IMG/VR virus record: IMGVR_UViG_3300024346_000009 | DNA length: 64,000 nt | DNA from: a virus | Strand: one strand, 5' to 3' | Shown here: positions 36,046-44,626 of the stretch, in pieces | Position numbering within the stretch: position 1 is the stretch's first letter | How the letters are laid out: every line of letters starts with the position of its first letter | Notes under the pieces: model-generated | Database searches by the model: none | What the model was told of the DNA's origin: nothing | What the model saw: only the letters and a program-made list of their open reading frames with translations | Made by a program: the position numbers and the translations under genes

Positions 36046-36267
36046 ATGTTTTACGCAAACATGGCTATCGATTCAATTCAAGACGCCAAAATCACCTTCC
36101 TCAAACAAACAGTCCAGGAAGACACCCTTCAAAAATCTTTAATTGCTTTCGTTGAGGCACAACGTGTCTTTACAAAACAAATTGCTAAATCTGCTAGCGA
36201 TGTAATGAGCATTGCTTCAGAAACATTTGCTAACGCAATTACAGGTACTACAAAAAAGGGAGCTTAA
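36046..36267 (+). CDS. Phasin-like small helical protein
   Basis: IDSIQ.AK..F...FVEAQ..FTKQ amphipathic pattern; SD AGGAG. Confidence 0.45.
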   Translation: MFYANMAIDSIQDAKITFLKQTVQEDTLQKSLIAFVEAQRVFTKQIAKSASDVMSIASETFANAITGTTKKGA

Positions 36268-36268
36268 T

Positions 36269-36778
36269 ATGACAATACTTACAACTTTTGGCCCTGATTT
36301 TAAAGACGTGGGTAAATTTTTTGTTGGCTTTGATGACCAGTTTAATCGTCTTGCTAAAATTCACGAGGATATGTCAAAAAATATTCCTAACTATCCCCCT
36401 TATAATATTAAAAAGACAGGCGATAATACTTACGTTATTGAAGTAGCTCTTGCTGGGTTTTCTAAACAAGATATTGAAATTGAACTCAATGACGGTAAAG
36501 TGTTAATTAAGGGTAACGTCCAGTCAGATGATGCCGAGGATAATTTCTTGTTCAAAGGAATTGCTAACCGTGCCTTTACTCGTTCTTTTGCACTCGATGA
36601 TCAAATCGAGATACAAAATGCCGAAATGTTCAATGGTATGCTAAAGGTATTTCTTGAGCGTATTATTCCTGAACATAAAAAGCCCAAGAAGATCGAAGTT
36701 AAAGATACTTCAGAAGCTAAACCTAAAAAAACTAAACCACAACTACTTACAGAAGATCCACAAGATCGCGACATGTAA
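36269..36778 (+). CDS. Small heat-shock protein Hsp20
   Basis: YPPYNI, ALAGF, GIANRAF.RSF, NGML. Confidence 0.95.
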   Translation: MTILTTFGPDFKDVGKFFVGFDDQFNRLAKIHEDMSKNIPNYPPYNIKKTGDNTYVIEVALAGFSKQDIEIELNDGKVLIKGNVQSDDAEDNFLFKGIANRAFTRSFALDDQIEIQNAEMFNGMLKVFLERIIPEHKKPKKIEVKDTSEAKPKKTKPQLLTEDPQDRDM

Positions 36779-36783
36779 GATCT

Positions 36784-36804
36784 AAGCCCCCTCGGGGGCT
36801 TTTT
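36784..36804 (+). terminator. Rho-independent terminator
   Basis: AAGCCCC-CTCG-GGGGCTT followed by T-run. Confidence 0.8.
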
Positions 36805-37103
36805 AATTTGTTCACAAGACAAGGAAAAACTATGTTAAGAAAATTAATAAATATCATGCACGAAGTTAGAAACGCATTACGAAAAGGTCGAGATAGATTA
36901 CCAAAAGGGTCATGATTATACTATCACTAATACCTGTTAGAAGAAAAAATTGGGTTATTAAAGCCAGTGTTTTTGATGATCAGATATTAGTGTTTTTTCA
37001 CAACCCGCTAACACTTGCATATTTCTTTAAAATATTTTATAATGAAGAGTGTGCTTTTAAATTTATAGAAGAAATTGTTGTAACATAATCTATGCGTAAA
37101 GAA

Positions 37104-37143
37104 GTAACGTAACAGTTGCATTTTTCTCGGCTGAGCATATAAT
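37104..37143 (+). promoter_or_regulatory. Early promoter
   Basis: GTAACGTAAC-ag-TTGCAT-16-TATAAT. Confidence 0.7.
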
Positions 37144-37167
37144 ATAAATATGAACAAAGGAGATAAT

Positions 37168-37500
37168 ATGAAAAAACTAATCGCAATTTCTATAGCGTTA
37201 CTGCTCTCAACTAGTGCTATTGCTCAGCATAACCATGGTGGTCATGGTAACTATAATCACGGCGGCCATAATCGTGGCGGTGGTAACTGGGCAGGTCCGT
37301 TGATTGGTGGTATAGTTCTGGGTACTATAATTTCTAATTCACAGAGGTCGGTAATTGTTGATCAGCAACCACATGTTGTTATTCAATCACAACCACCAAT
37401 ATACTCTCTACCTATGCAACAATACTATCAGTGTTTGGTTCAAATTAAAGATCCATTTACAGGTGTAATTCGGAATGAAGTCGCTACGTGCGTCAGATAA
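37168..37500 (+). CDS. Secreted Gly/His-rich hypothetical protein
   Basis: Signal peptide; SD AAGGAG. Confidence 0.7.
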   Translation: MKKLIAISIALLLSTSAIAQHNHGGHGNYNHGGHNRGGGNWAGPLIGGIVLGTIISNSQRSVIVDQQPHVVIQSQPPIYSLPMQQYYQCLVQIKDPFTGVIRNEVATCVR

Positions 37501-37504
37501 ACAT

Positions 37505-37581
37505 GGGCTGATAGCTTAGTGTCCTAAAGCAGCGGCCTCATAAGCCGTTGATCGTAGGTTAGAATCCTACTCGGTCTACCA
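37505..37581 (+). tRNA. tRNA with CAT anticodon (Ile2-like or elongator Met)
   Basis: Cloverleaf, loop CTCATAA, A73-CCA, T-loop TTAGAAT. Confidence 0.85.
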
Positions 37582-37586
37582 TTATT

Positions 37587-37796
37587 ATGAAAACTTATAC
37601 TGCTGAAATTTTAGACGCCGAAGATGGATCCGGAGACGGTGTCCTTCAATTACCAGAAGACTTCTGTAAAGAAGATGACTGGCGCGAGGGAGATCGTATC
37701 CATATGGAAGTAATCGGCGAGGCCCTTAAACTAACAAATTTAGATAGGAATAGACGTGAAGGTATATTTGAGCAAATACCGCTACCACTGGATTAG
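37587..37796 (+). CDS. AbrB/SpoVT-like small protein
   Basis: LQLPEDF....WREGD.I pattern. Confidence 0.6.
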   Translation: MKTYTAEILDAEDGSGDGVLQLPEDFCKEDDWREGDRIHMEVIGEALKLTNLDRNRREGIFEQIPLPLD

Positions 37797-38364
37797 TCCA
37801 TATACGGTACTGGAAAAAGTTTTTTTCTGGCGTGAAATTGATTACGATGAACCTATCATTGATAAATGGTCGGATCGTCTAACACCTATTTGTCAAGGTA
37901 TTCAAAAAGTTCTTGACTTTATTCACCCTAAGATTAATTACGTTAAAATTGATGGATGGGATACTTGGAGTATGGACTATACTCTTTCGCATGTTGTGGT
38001 ACCGATGCTTAAACAGCTTAAGGTAACAAAACACGGCGCACCTTTTGTAGATGATGAAGATGTACCTGAAGAACTAAAGAGTACATCTGCACCTCCAAAG
38101 GAAAATGATTATGATACAGATGAAAATCATTTTAAGCGATGGGACTGGGCTCTTAATGAAATGATCTGGGCGTTCGAACAAAACCTAGATACTAACAGTG
38201 AGGAGAAGTTCTTTGATCATGCTGAATGGGATGAAAAGGAAAAAGACTTCGCAAAAAACCTTCATAAAATTAAAATTGATCAACCTGGGCTTAAAGCTCA
38301 TCAAGATCGTAAGGCAAACGGGTTCCGTTTATTTGGTAAATATTATTCAGGGCTTTGGGATTAA
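37756..38364 (+). CDS. Conserved phage hypothetical protein
   Basis: WDTWSMD.TL, EMIWAF, GFRLFGKYY..LWD. Confidence 0.75.
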   Translation: MKVYLSKYRYHWISPYTVLEKVFFWREIDYDEPIIDKWSDRLTPICQGIQKVLDFIHPKINYVKIDGWDTWSMDYTLSHVVVPMLKQLKVTKHGAPFVDDEDVPEELKSTSAPPKENDYDTDENHFKRWDWALNEMIWAFEQNLDTNSEEKFFDHAEWDEKEKDFAKNLHKIKIDQPGLKAHQDRKANGFRLFGKYYSGLWD

Positions 38365-38366
38365 TT

Positions 38367-39110
38367 ATGAAAAGTGCTGTTGTTATTACTCCTACAACAG
38401 GGTCACCTGATGTGGTTGATGCTATTAATTCAGTTAAGTCACAAACATATAAGAATGTTGATCACTTAATTGTTGTAGACGGCAGTCAGTTTTCTCTCCG
38501 TACCGATCAAACATTCCGTGATGCAGGTATAATTTCTGCAAGGGATAAGCTGTACCGAACAGATCTTCCGTTTAATACCGGGGGTAGTGGGTATTACGGT
38601 CACCGGGTAATGGCCGCCTTCTCTCATCTAGTTAATTACGACTATGTTTTATTTCTCGACCAGGACAACTGGTATGATCCTAACCATGTAGAGTTATTAA
38701 TTGATGAGTGTGAAAAATATAATTTTGAGTGGTCATATAGTCTAAGAAAGATTTATGATAATAATAAGAATTATATTTGTGATGATAATTGCGAGTCTCT
38801 TGGTCGATGGCCAACATGGGTAAATGATAAAGGATTTCTTGTTGATTCAAGCTCATATTGCTTTACACAGAAGTTCATTCGTGTAGTAGGTCATGTATGG
38901 GATTATGGTTGGGGTGCTGATCGTAGGTTCTATACAATATTAAAAGATGAGGTTGGTCATAATAATTATGGTTGTACCGGTAGGCATACCCTTAACTATC
39001 GTCTTGGTGGTAATGAAGGTTCCGTGAACACAGAATTCTTTACTGAAGGTAATAAGAAAACTACTGAACAGTACCAGGGTTCATTTCCTTGGTCAACAAT
39101 TATAAAATGA
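38367..39110 (+). CDS. Family 2 glycosyltransferase
   Basis: VITPT, SV..QTY, VVDG, FLDQDNW. Confidence 0.82.
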   Translation: MKSAVVITPTTGSPDVVDAINSVKSQTYKNVDHLIVVDGSQFSLRTDQTFRDAGIISARDKLYRTDLPFNTGGSGYYGHRVMAAFSHLVNYDYVLFLDQDNWYDPNHVELLIDECEKYNFEWSYSLRKIYDNNKNYICDDNCESLGRWPTWVNDKGFLVDSSSYCFTQKFIRVVGHVWDYGWGADRRFYTILKDEVGHNNYGCTGRHTLNYRLGGNEGSVNTEFFTEGNKKTTEQYQGSFPWSTIIK

Positions 39111-39197
39111 TAAGAAGATTTAAAGTTAATACTTTTTTAACTGGTAGTAAACGTAAATTTATTCCAGAAATTTTACCTGGAACTAATACACCAATAA

Positions 39198-39269
39198 CGC
39201 GGGGTAGCTCAGTAGTAGAGCGCTGGACTCATAATCCAGATGTCGGAGGTGCGAACCCTTCCCCCGCAT
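39198..39269 (+). tRNA. Initiator-like tRNA-Met(CAT)
   Basis: CGCGGGG start with C1:A72 mismatch, loop CTCATAA. Confidence 0.82.
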
Positions 39270-39303
39270 CCCTTAATCCTAACATTGTACTCGGCTACAA
39301 TTA

Positions 39304-40005
39304 ATGCGATTCTTTTTTCTGGTACTCGCACTACTAACGAGCAATGCGTTTGCTTTTAGCATGACCGCTCAAAGTTGGTTAGAGACCGATGATCAGGGCA
39401 ACCTGATTGAAGGTTCTAATATTACCGAGGTTCGATCAATTGCAAGCATTACCAAGTTAATGACGGTGATTGCTGTCTTGGACCTTAAACAAGACATGCA
39501 GGAAAAAATTGGTAAGTTTACCAGAGGTCAATTAGTTCAACTTGCTTTGGTTAAATCTGATAATGATGCTGCAAAAGCATTATGTGATAATTTTCCAGGA
39601 GGTCGTTTTGAGTGTATTCGTTTTATGAACGAAAAAGCAAACTATCTTGGAATGTATAGGACAAAGTTTATTGAGCCTACCGGGCTTAGTCCCATGAATA
39701 TCAGTACTGCTTTAGATCTTTTAAAGTTGGTATTTGAGGCCAGCCATTACCCCGAAATTGTTAGAGCCAGTCAAACCCCAGTCTTAAATATTCAGATTGG
39801 AAATAAGGTATTATCATATCGTAATACCAATCCTGTTATAGGTAAACGATATAACTTTATTGTCAGTAAGACAGGTTCCACTAATGCCGCGGGGAGTTGT
39901 ATTGTTGTGATGTTTGATACGGATGTTGGCCGCCGTATTGTAATCTTACTGGGTGCTAAAGCTGGTAAGAGATTACCTGAAGCAGAGTATATTGTTTATA
40001 ATTAA
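39304..40005 (+). CDS. D-alanyl-D-alanine carboxypeptidase/endopeptidase (peptidase S11)
   Basis: Signal peptide, SITK (SxxK), SDN, KTG. Confidence 0.9.
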   Translation: MRFFFLVLALLTSNAFAFSMTAQSWLETDDQGNLIEGSNITEVRSIASITKLMTVIAVLDLKQDMQEKIGKFTRGQLVQLALVKSDNDAAKALCDNFPGGRFECIRFMNEKANYLGMYRTKFIEPTGLSPMNISTALDLLKLVFEASHYPEIVRASQTPVLNIQIGNKVLSYRNTNPVIGKRYNFIVSKTGSTNAAGSCIVVMFDTDVGRRIVILLGAKAGKRLPEAEYIVYN

Positions 40006-40712
40006 TTCCAGTACTTCGAAGAATCTAAATTATCCCAATACGCTTTATTGTTGCGGTTAATAAAATTATTGACTAAGTAAGTAGCCATACCAAAGTACCC
40101 CATCTTTTTAAACCTACGGGAATCTTGTCCGAAGTAGTGACTTACTATTCTAAACTTTCTAGGGCTGTACATTCGAGATAGAAAGTAGTCTTCAGACGTT
40201 ACAGTCTTTTCTGGAAACCCTCCAAACTCTTCAAACTTATCTCTACGAGTTAGCATGAAGGCACCAACAGCAAATGGTGAGAAGTATTTTAAAATGTGGT
40301 TGATGATATTAAAAAGAGTAAATCCAATGATAGCTCTCTTGTCATTATCATAGCATTTTATATTTAATCCAACAAGGTCTAAATTCTTAGATACTATTTC
40401 ATTAACAGCGTCTTTAATAACATTACCTTTAAAGAAACGAACATCAGCATCGATGAATAAGATATAGGGGGTTGTGACTAAGCGGGCACCATTATTTTTA
40501 GCAAAAGAAACAGGACCGCCTTCTATAACTTCTACATTTAAAGAATAACTATTTTCTTTTATAACTTGTCTAGTATTATCTGTAGAGCAGTCAGCAATTA
40601 TAATTCTTGTATCGCCTATGTCTTGAGAACGAAAAGAATTTAATAGATGAGAGATATAATCTTCTTCATTCTTGCAAGGTACAACGATAGTAATTTTATC
40701 CGATAGGCTCAT
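40002..40712 (-). CDS. Family 2 glycosyltransferase
   Basis: IVVPCKNEE, STDNT, FIDAD, GGF.E...ED. Confidence 0.85.
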   Translation of the reverse strand: MSLSDKITIVVPCKNEEDYISHLLNSFRSQDIGDTRIIIADCSTDNTRQVIKENSYSLNVEVIEGGPVSFAKNNGARLVTTPYILFIDADVRFFKGNVIKDAVNEIVSKNLDLVGLNIKCYDNDKRAIIGFTLFNIINHILKYFSPFAVGAFMLTRRDKFEEFGGFPEKTVTSEDYFLSRMYSPRKFRIVSHYFGQDSRRFKKMGYFGMATYLVNNFINRNNKAYWDNLDSSKYWN

Positions 40713-41463
40713 CTGTTTCCTTCGTCCACGTAACAATCTCCCAGCGCCCATCCCAGTGTTCTACTAATGCAGTACAGGACTCTACCCAGTCACCATCGTT
40801 CATATACATTACACCGTCAATATCTTTTATTTCAGCATGATGTATATGGCCACAAATCACCCCGTCATATCCTCGCTTCTTACAATACCCAGCTAAGTTT
40901 TTTTCAAAGTGGAAAATAAAGTCTACTGCTCTCTTTACTTTTGTTTTGAGATATTGACTAAGACTAAAATACCCAAAGCCAAAGCGATGACGTATCCAAT
41001 TGAACTTGTTATTGAGCGATAAAACCACATCATATGCACGATCTCCTAAAAATGCTAACCAAGGGGCAAGTCTAGTAATACCATCAAACATGTCACCGTG
41101 TGTGACGAGATAATGTTTACCATCTGCACCAATATGTTCTATTTGATTGTGAATCTCTACTAGACCGAAACTAAAACCGTAAGGTATCATTGGTCGTAAA
41201 AATTCATCATGATTACCAGCAATATATATTACTCTGGTACCGCGCTTGGCGTGCCCCAGTACCCGTCTTACGACATTTGTATGAGACTGCTTCCAACGCC
41301 ATTTGTTTTGTTGTATACGCCAGGCGTCAATTATATCCCCTACCAGGTATAAAGTATCACAGGTATTATTTTTTAAAAAATTATTTAGTTTACCGGCTTT
41401 GCAATCATTAGTACCTAGATGAACGTCACTGATAAAGATGCTACGATACTTCTTTGAGTTCAT
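40696..41463 (-). CDS. LpxH-like (UDP-2,3-diacylglucosamine hydrolase family) metallophosphoesterase
   Basis: SDVHLG, GDIID, GNHD, HGD, GHIH, GDWVES. Confidence 0.85.
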   Translation of the reverse strand: MNSKKYRSIFISDVHLGTNDCKAGKLNNFLKNNTCDTLYLVGDIIDAWRIQQNKWRWKQSHTNVVRRVLGHAKRGTRVIYIAGNHDEFLRPMIPYGFSFGLVEIHNQIEHIGADGKHYLVTHGDMFDGITRLAPWLAFLGDRAYDVVLSLNNKFNWIRHRFGFGYFSLSQYLKTKVKRAVDFIFHFEKNLAGYCKKRGYDGVICGHIHHAEIKDIDGVMYMNDGDWVESCTALVEHWDGRWEIVTWTKETDEPIG

Positions 41464-41475
41464 TAATTAATATCA

Positions 41476-41799
41476 TTAAACGCTAAAACTGCTACCACAT
41501 CCACAGGTATGTTTTGCGTTGGGGTTAGTAATTACAAATTCTTTCTTCATAAATTCATCTTTATAATCAATATTGGCATCTTGTAAATATTGCATACTCG
41601 CTGCATCAACTAAGACTCTGAATTCATCCAGAGGAAATTCAAAGTCATCTTCATTCATAACTTCATCCATGGTAAATCCGTAATTAAACCCGGAACAACC
41701 GCCGCCCACTACAAAAGTTCTTAAAGAAACTTTAGGGTTATTTTCTTCTCGCAATAAGTCTATGATCTTAGACTTTGCAGCATCTGTTATTGTAATCAT
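41476..41799 (-). CDS. erpA: A-type Fe-S carrier (IscA/ErpA/HesB)
   Basis: GGGCSGF.Y, NPNA..TCGCGSSF. Confidence 0.9.
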   Translation of the reverse strand: MITITDAAKSKIIDLLREENNPKVSLRTFVVGGGCSGFNYGFTMDEVMNEDDFEFPLDEFRVLVDAASMQYLQDANIDYKDEFMKKEFVITNPNAKHTCGCGSSFSV

Positions 41800-42151
41800 G
41801 GATAGCCGCCTTTATTGCATCTTCTGCAAGTATTGAACAATGTATTTTAACCGGTGGGAGGGCAAGTTCTTCAGCAATTCGTGAATTAGTAATCTTTCCC
41901 GCTTCGTTAAGCGTTTTTCCCTTGACCCATTCTGTAACGAGACTTGAGCTTGCAATTGCGGACCCACAACCGTATGTTTTGAATTTTGCATCTATTATAA
42001 TACCCTCTTCTACTTTAATTTGAAGCTTCATTACATCTCCGCAAGCAGGTGCACCAACCATACCAGTACCAATATCAGTATCATTCTTTTCGAAGGATCC
42101 GACATTCCTGGGATTTTCATAATGGTCAATTACCTGCGAACTGTAAGACAT
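41768..42151 (-). CDS. iscU: Fe-S scaffold IscU
   Basis: DHYENPRNVG, APACGDVM, GCGSAIASSS, LPPVKIHCS. Confidence 0.96.
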   Translation of the reverse strand: MSYSSQVIDHYENPRNVGSFEKNDTDIGTGMVGAPACGDVMKLQIKVEEGIIIDAKFKTYGCGSAIASSSLVTEWVKGKTLNEAGKITNSRIAEELALPPVKIHCSILAEDAIKAAIHDYNNRCCKV

Positions 42152-42153
42152 GA

Positions 42154-42483
42154 TTATTTTCCTTGTGCTCTTTGTAATTGCTTAATCTTTTCTTCGTGAA
42201 TAGCAATCATTTCCCTATTCAGTTGAATACTGTCACGATTCTTTTGAACTGCTTCAGTTAGATCTTGACGTAATCTTTCACGTGCCAACTCAGCACTGGT
42301 ATTTGATGCTTGCCTGTTATCGCTGGTTACAACTAAACTCATTTTACCTTGAAGTATAGTTACTTCGTGTGCTAGTGTACCTACAGCGCTTAGTAAGTAA
42401 CCTACACCTGCGATGATTAGCGGTAACAACGCAAATAGTAGTTTTTCAACAAATGCGCTTTTTTCGTTTGACTCTGTTGCCAT
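42154..42483 (-). CDS. Membrane-anchored coiled-coil protein
   Basis: N-terminal TM plus coiled coil; SD AGGAG. Confidence 0.65.
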   Translation of the reverse strand: MATESNEKSAFVEKLLFALLPLIIAGVGYLLSAVGTLAHEVTILQGKMSLVVTSDNRQASNTSAELARERLRQDLTEAVQKNRDSIQLNREMIAIHEEKIKQLQRAQGK

Positions 42484-42484
42484 T

Positions 42485-43210
42485 TTATTCTTCTCCTAAT
42501 TTTCCTAATTTTGCAATATAATTATCCATCATGTGATCGTAAGCACCAAGGAACTTTTGCCCTTTTGCATAAGCCCTTGCTCTACTACGAACCATGTCTT
42601 TTACCTGTTGCCAGGGTGTAAGGTTTCTAAATGCACCGTAGTAATTCATATATATGTGAGTCCCGTGATGAGCAAAACCCATTAACCTAAAGGGAACCTT
42701 TGTAACATCGTCACAGTTATTTTGTACTCTGTAGTGTTTAACTGTCAGGCTGTTAACAAATTCTTTATTACCCACTCTTGGTGAACCAAATGTTATTAGT
42801 GATATAACCTTTGACTGCATTCTACCTGAAGCAATAGTTGCCATTGCAGCGCCAAGACTATGGCCTGTGACATAAAGAGTTTCGATATTAGAAACAGCCT
42901 TTTCTATTGCAGGCCATAACTTGTTAATTTCACCTTTAAAGCCTACGTGGATTTTACCACCAATAGCTTCAATATTCTTACCAGCTTTTAAGTCAGCTAA
43001 TATATCTGACGGCTCAGTAACCTCTGTACCTCTAAAACTTAATACGTGTGTACCATCATTGTTTTTAAGAAGATATGCTTGTGCATTATCAATATCAAAA
43101 AATTCAACGATGGTGCATCCTATGGCTTTAAACTTAGTCATAGCTGTTTTTGGATTTTCGTAGGTAATTGCAGCTATGTTAGCAAATATCAATAATTGAG
43201 GTTTTTCCAT
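42485..43210 (-). CDS. Class 3 lipase
   Basis: SFRGTE, TGHSLG, TFGSPRVG, D.V..VP. Confidence 0.9.
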   Translation of the reverse strand: MEKPQLLIFANIAAITYENPKTAMTKFKAIGCTIVEFFDIDNAQAYLLKNNDGTHVLSFRGTEVTEPSDILADLKAGKNIEAIGGKIHVGFKGEINKLWPAIEKAVSNIETLYVTGHSLGAAMATIASGRMQSKVISLITFGSPRVGNKEFVNSLTVKHYRVQNNCDDVTKVPFRLMGFAHHGTHIYMNYYGAFRNLTPWQQVKDMVRSRARAYAKGQKFLGAYDHMMDNYIAKLGKLGEE

Positions 43211-43233
43211 TTATATTTCTTTCTTTTTATTTA

Positions 43234-43452
43234 TCACACATACATATCAATAGTATTAATCATTGAAACTTCCATGCGTATAATATTTTCATGAGCTTTC
43301 TTTACATAAATCTCGTAAAGGTAATCTTTTTGTTCTACATACTCTTTATGTTTTGCTATGTAAGTATCATAAAGTTCCTCATTTTTTCTAGTATGAGCAA
43401 CCGCAAGGATACTATCAACCGGGGCATAGTCAGGCCATGAGACGCCCCACAT
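43234..43452 (-). CDS. Hypothetical protein
   Basis: Operonic. Confidence 0.55.
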   Translation of the reverse strand: MWGVSWPDYAPVDSILAVAHTRKNEELYDTYIAKHKEYVEQKDYLYEIYVKKAHENIIRMEVSMINTIDMYV

Positions 43453-43746
43453 TTAATTTTTCTCTATATTTTTTGCATTAATATATAACTCGTAAGTTAG
43501 AACTCGTATCTCCCCGTCGTCAGATGTACCTAATAGATGGGCTAAGTTATTATATATTTTTGCAATGTCATCTTTACTACACACTGTACTGTGAGTTTTT
43601 ATCCATTTAATTATTTTTATCTTACGCTCATATGGGTCATGAGTAGTTAAAGCAACATACTTAAAATCACCGAGGTTACAAATTGATGATTGTGCAGTTG
43701 ATTTATTAAGTATAAAAGCCATTACAATGATTATTAGCCATTTCAT
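43453..43746 (-). CDS. Secreted hypothetical protein
   Basis: Signal peptide, two Cys. Confidence 0.6.
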   Translation of the reverse strand: MKWLIIIVMAFILNKSTAQSSICNLGDFKYVALTTHDPYERKIKIIKWIKTHSTVCSKDDIAKIYNNLAHLLGTSDDGEIRVLTYELYINAKNIEKN

Positions 43747-44516
43747 TGTGACATTTCAGAAGAGGCTAGGTTAATTCTTGTTTTAACCACATTTAAATCT
43801 GCAGGCTCCGTTTTAAATCCTACTGCAACATATCCATCGAAGTCACCAATTTCTGGAGGAATACCACCACGACAGATAAATGTAGCACCTTGCTTGGCTT
43901 CCCACTCTGAAGACTTGCTAGTGACATCTAGTTTATCGCAAATAACCTCACCGTTAAGCATACCAATAATTGCAGCATTACGACCAGGGTCTTTGTTAAA
44001 CAAACTAGAAATTAATCCATCTAATGTGTTATCTCTTCCCTTGGGACCGAAAGCCAACATTGTTGTTCTGGTGTTAACAACTAAACTTGCTTTGTGTACT
44101 ACTACAGATACAGCTTCCAAGTCTTTTTGTAGGCTTGCAGCAACCGGTATAAGGTGATTTACCTCTTTAAGATTGGTTATTTTACTCGAATGGGTAATTG
44201 CTTCTAAAATTACAGCCCTGCTATCCCATGCAAAGTAACCAAAGAAAAATACGCTTGCAAGTAAAATTACTTCAAATAATTTAAACGGTGAATCAACCCA
44301 TTTAATTAAATCGATAGCTTTATCCATCATAGAGGATGCAGACTTTGTGCTACTACTTACATCTATAACTATAGAGGAAGCAACTGCTTTTTTAACCGGT
44401 TTTTTGGTTGTTTGCTTAACTGGTGGTTTTTTAACCGGAGCGCTCTTAACAGGCGGTTTTTTAACCGGTGTACTTTTTACTGGCGGGCGCTTGACTGGAG
44501 GTTTCTTTGTAGCCAT
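43743..44516 (-). CDS. Single-TM protein, possibly a T4 gpT-like holin, with KKPPVK-repeat N-terminus
   Basis: Basic repeats, one TM, C-terminal soluble GAF-like pattern; first gene after a late promoter. Confidence 0.4.
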   Translation of the reverse strand: MATKKPPVKRPPVKSTPVKKPPVKSAPVKKPPVKQTTKKPVKKAVASSIVIDVSSSTKSASSMMDKAIDLIKWVDSPFKLFEVILLASVFFFGYFAWDSRAVILEAITHSSKITNLKEVNHLIPVAASLQKDLEAVSVVVHKASLVVNTRTTMLAFGPKGRDNTLDGLISSLFNKDPGRNAAIIGMLNGEVICDKLDVTSKSSEWEAKQGATFICRGGIPPEIGDFDGYVAVGFKTEPADLNVVKTRINLASSEMSQ

Positions 44517-44572
44517 ATGTATCCTTAATATTTGCATAATATATTGCATAATTAAGAACTAACACTGTTTTA

Positions 44573-44580
44573 TATTTATA
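44573..44580 (-). promoter_or_regulatory. T4-type late promoter TATAAATA
   Basis: TATTTATA on the plus strand; heads the minus-strand operon. Confidence 0.75.
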
Positions 44581-44626
44581 ACCGAAATAAGTTGATTAAG
44601 TTATAGATCTATCATATAATCAACAG

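Noticed and set aside
39089-39304. 71-aa ORF
   Set aside because: Runs through the initiator-like tRNA and has no recognisable protein features
44390-44510. Tandem DNA repeats as a regulatory array
   Set aside because: They encode the KKPPVK low-complexity N-terminus of the minus-strand ORF
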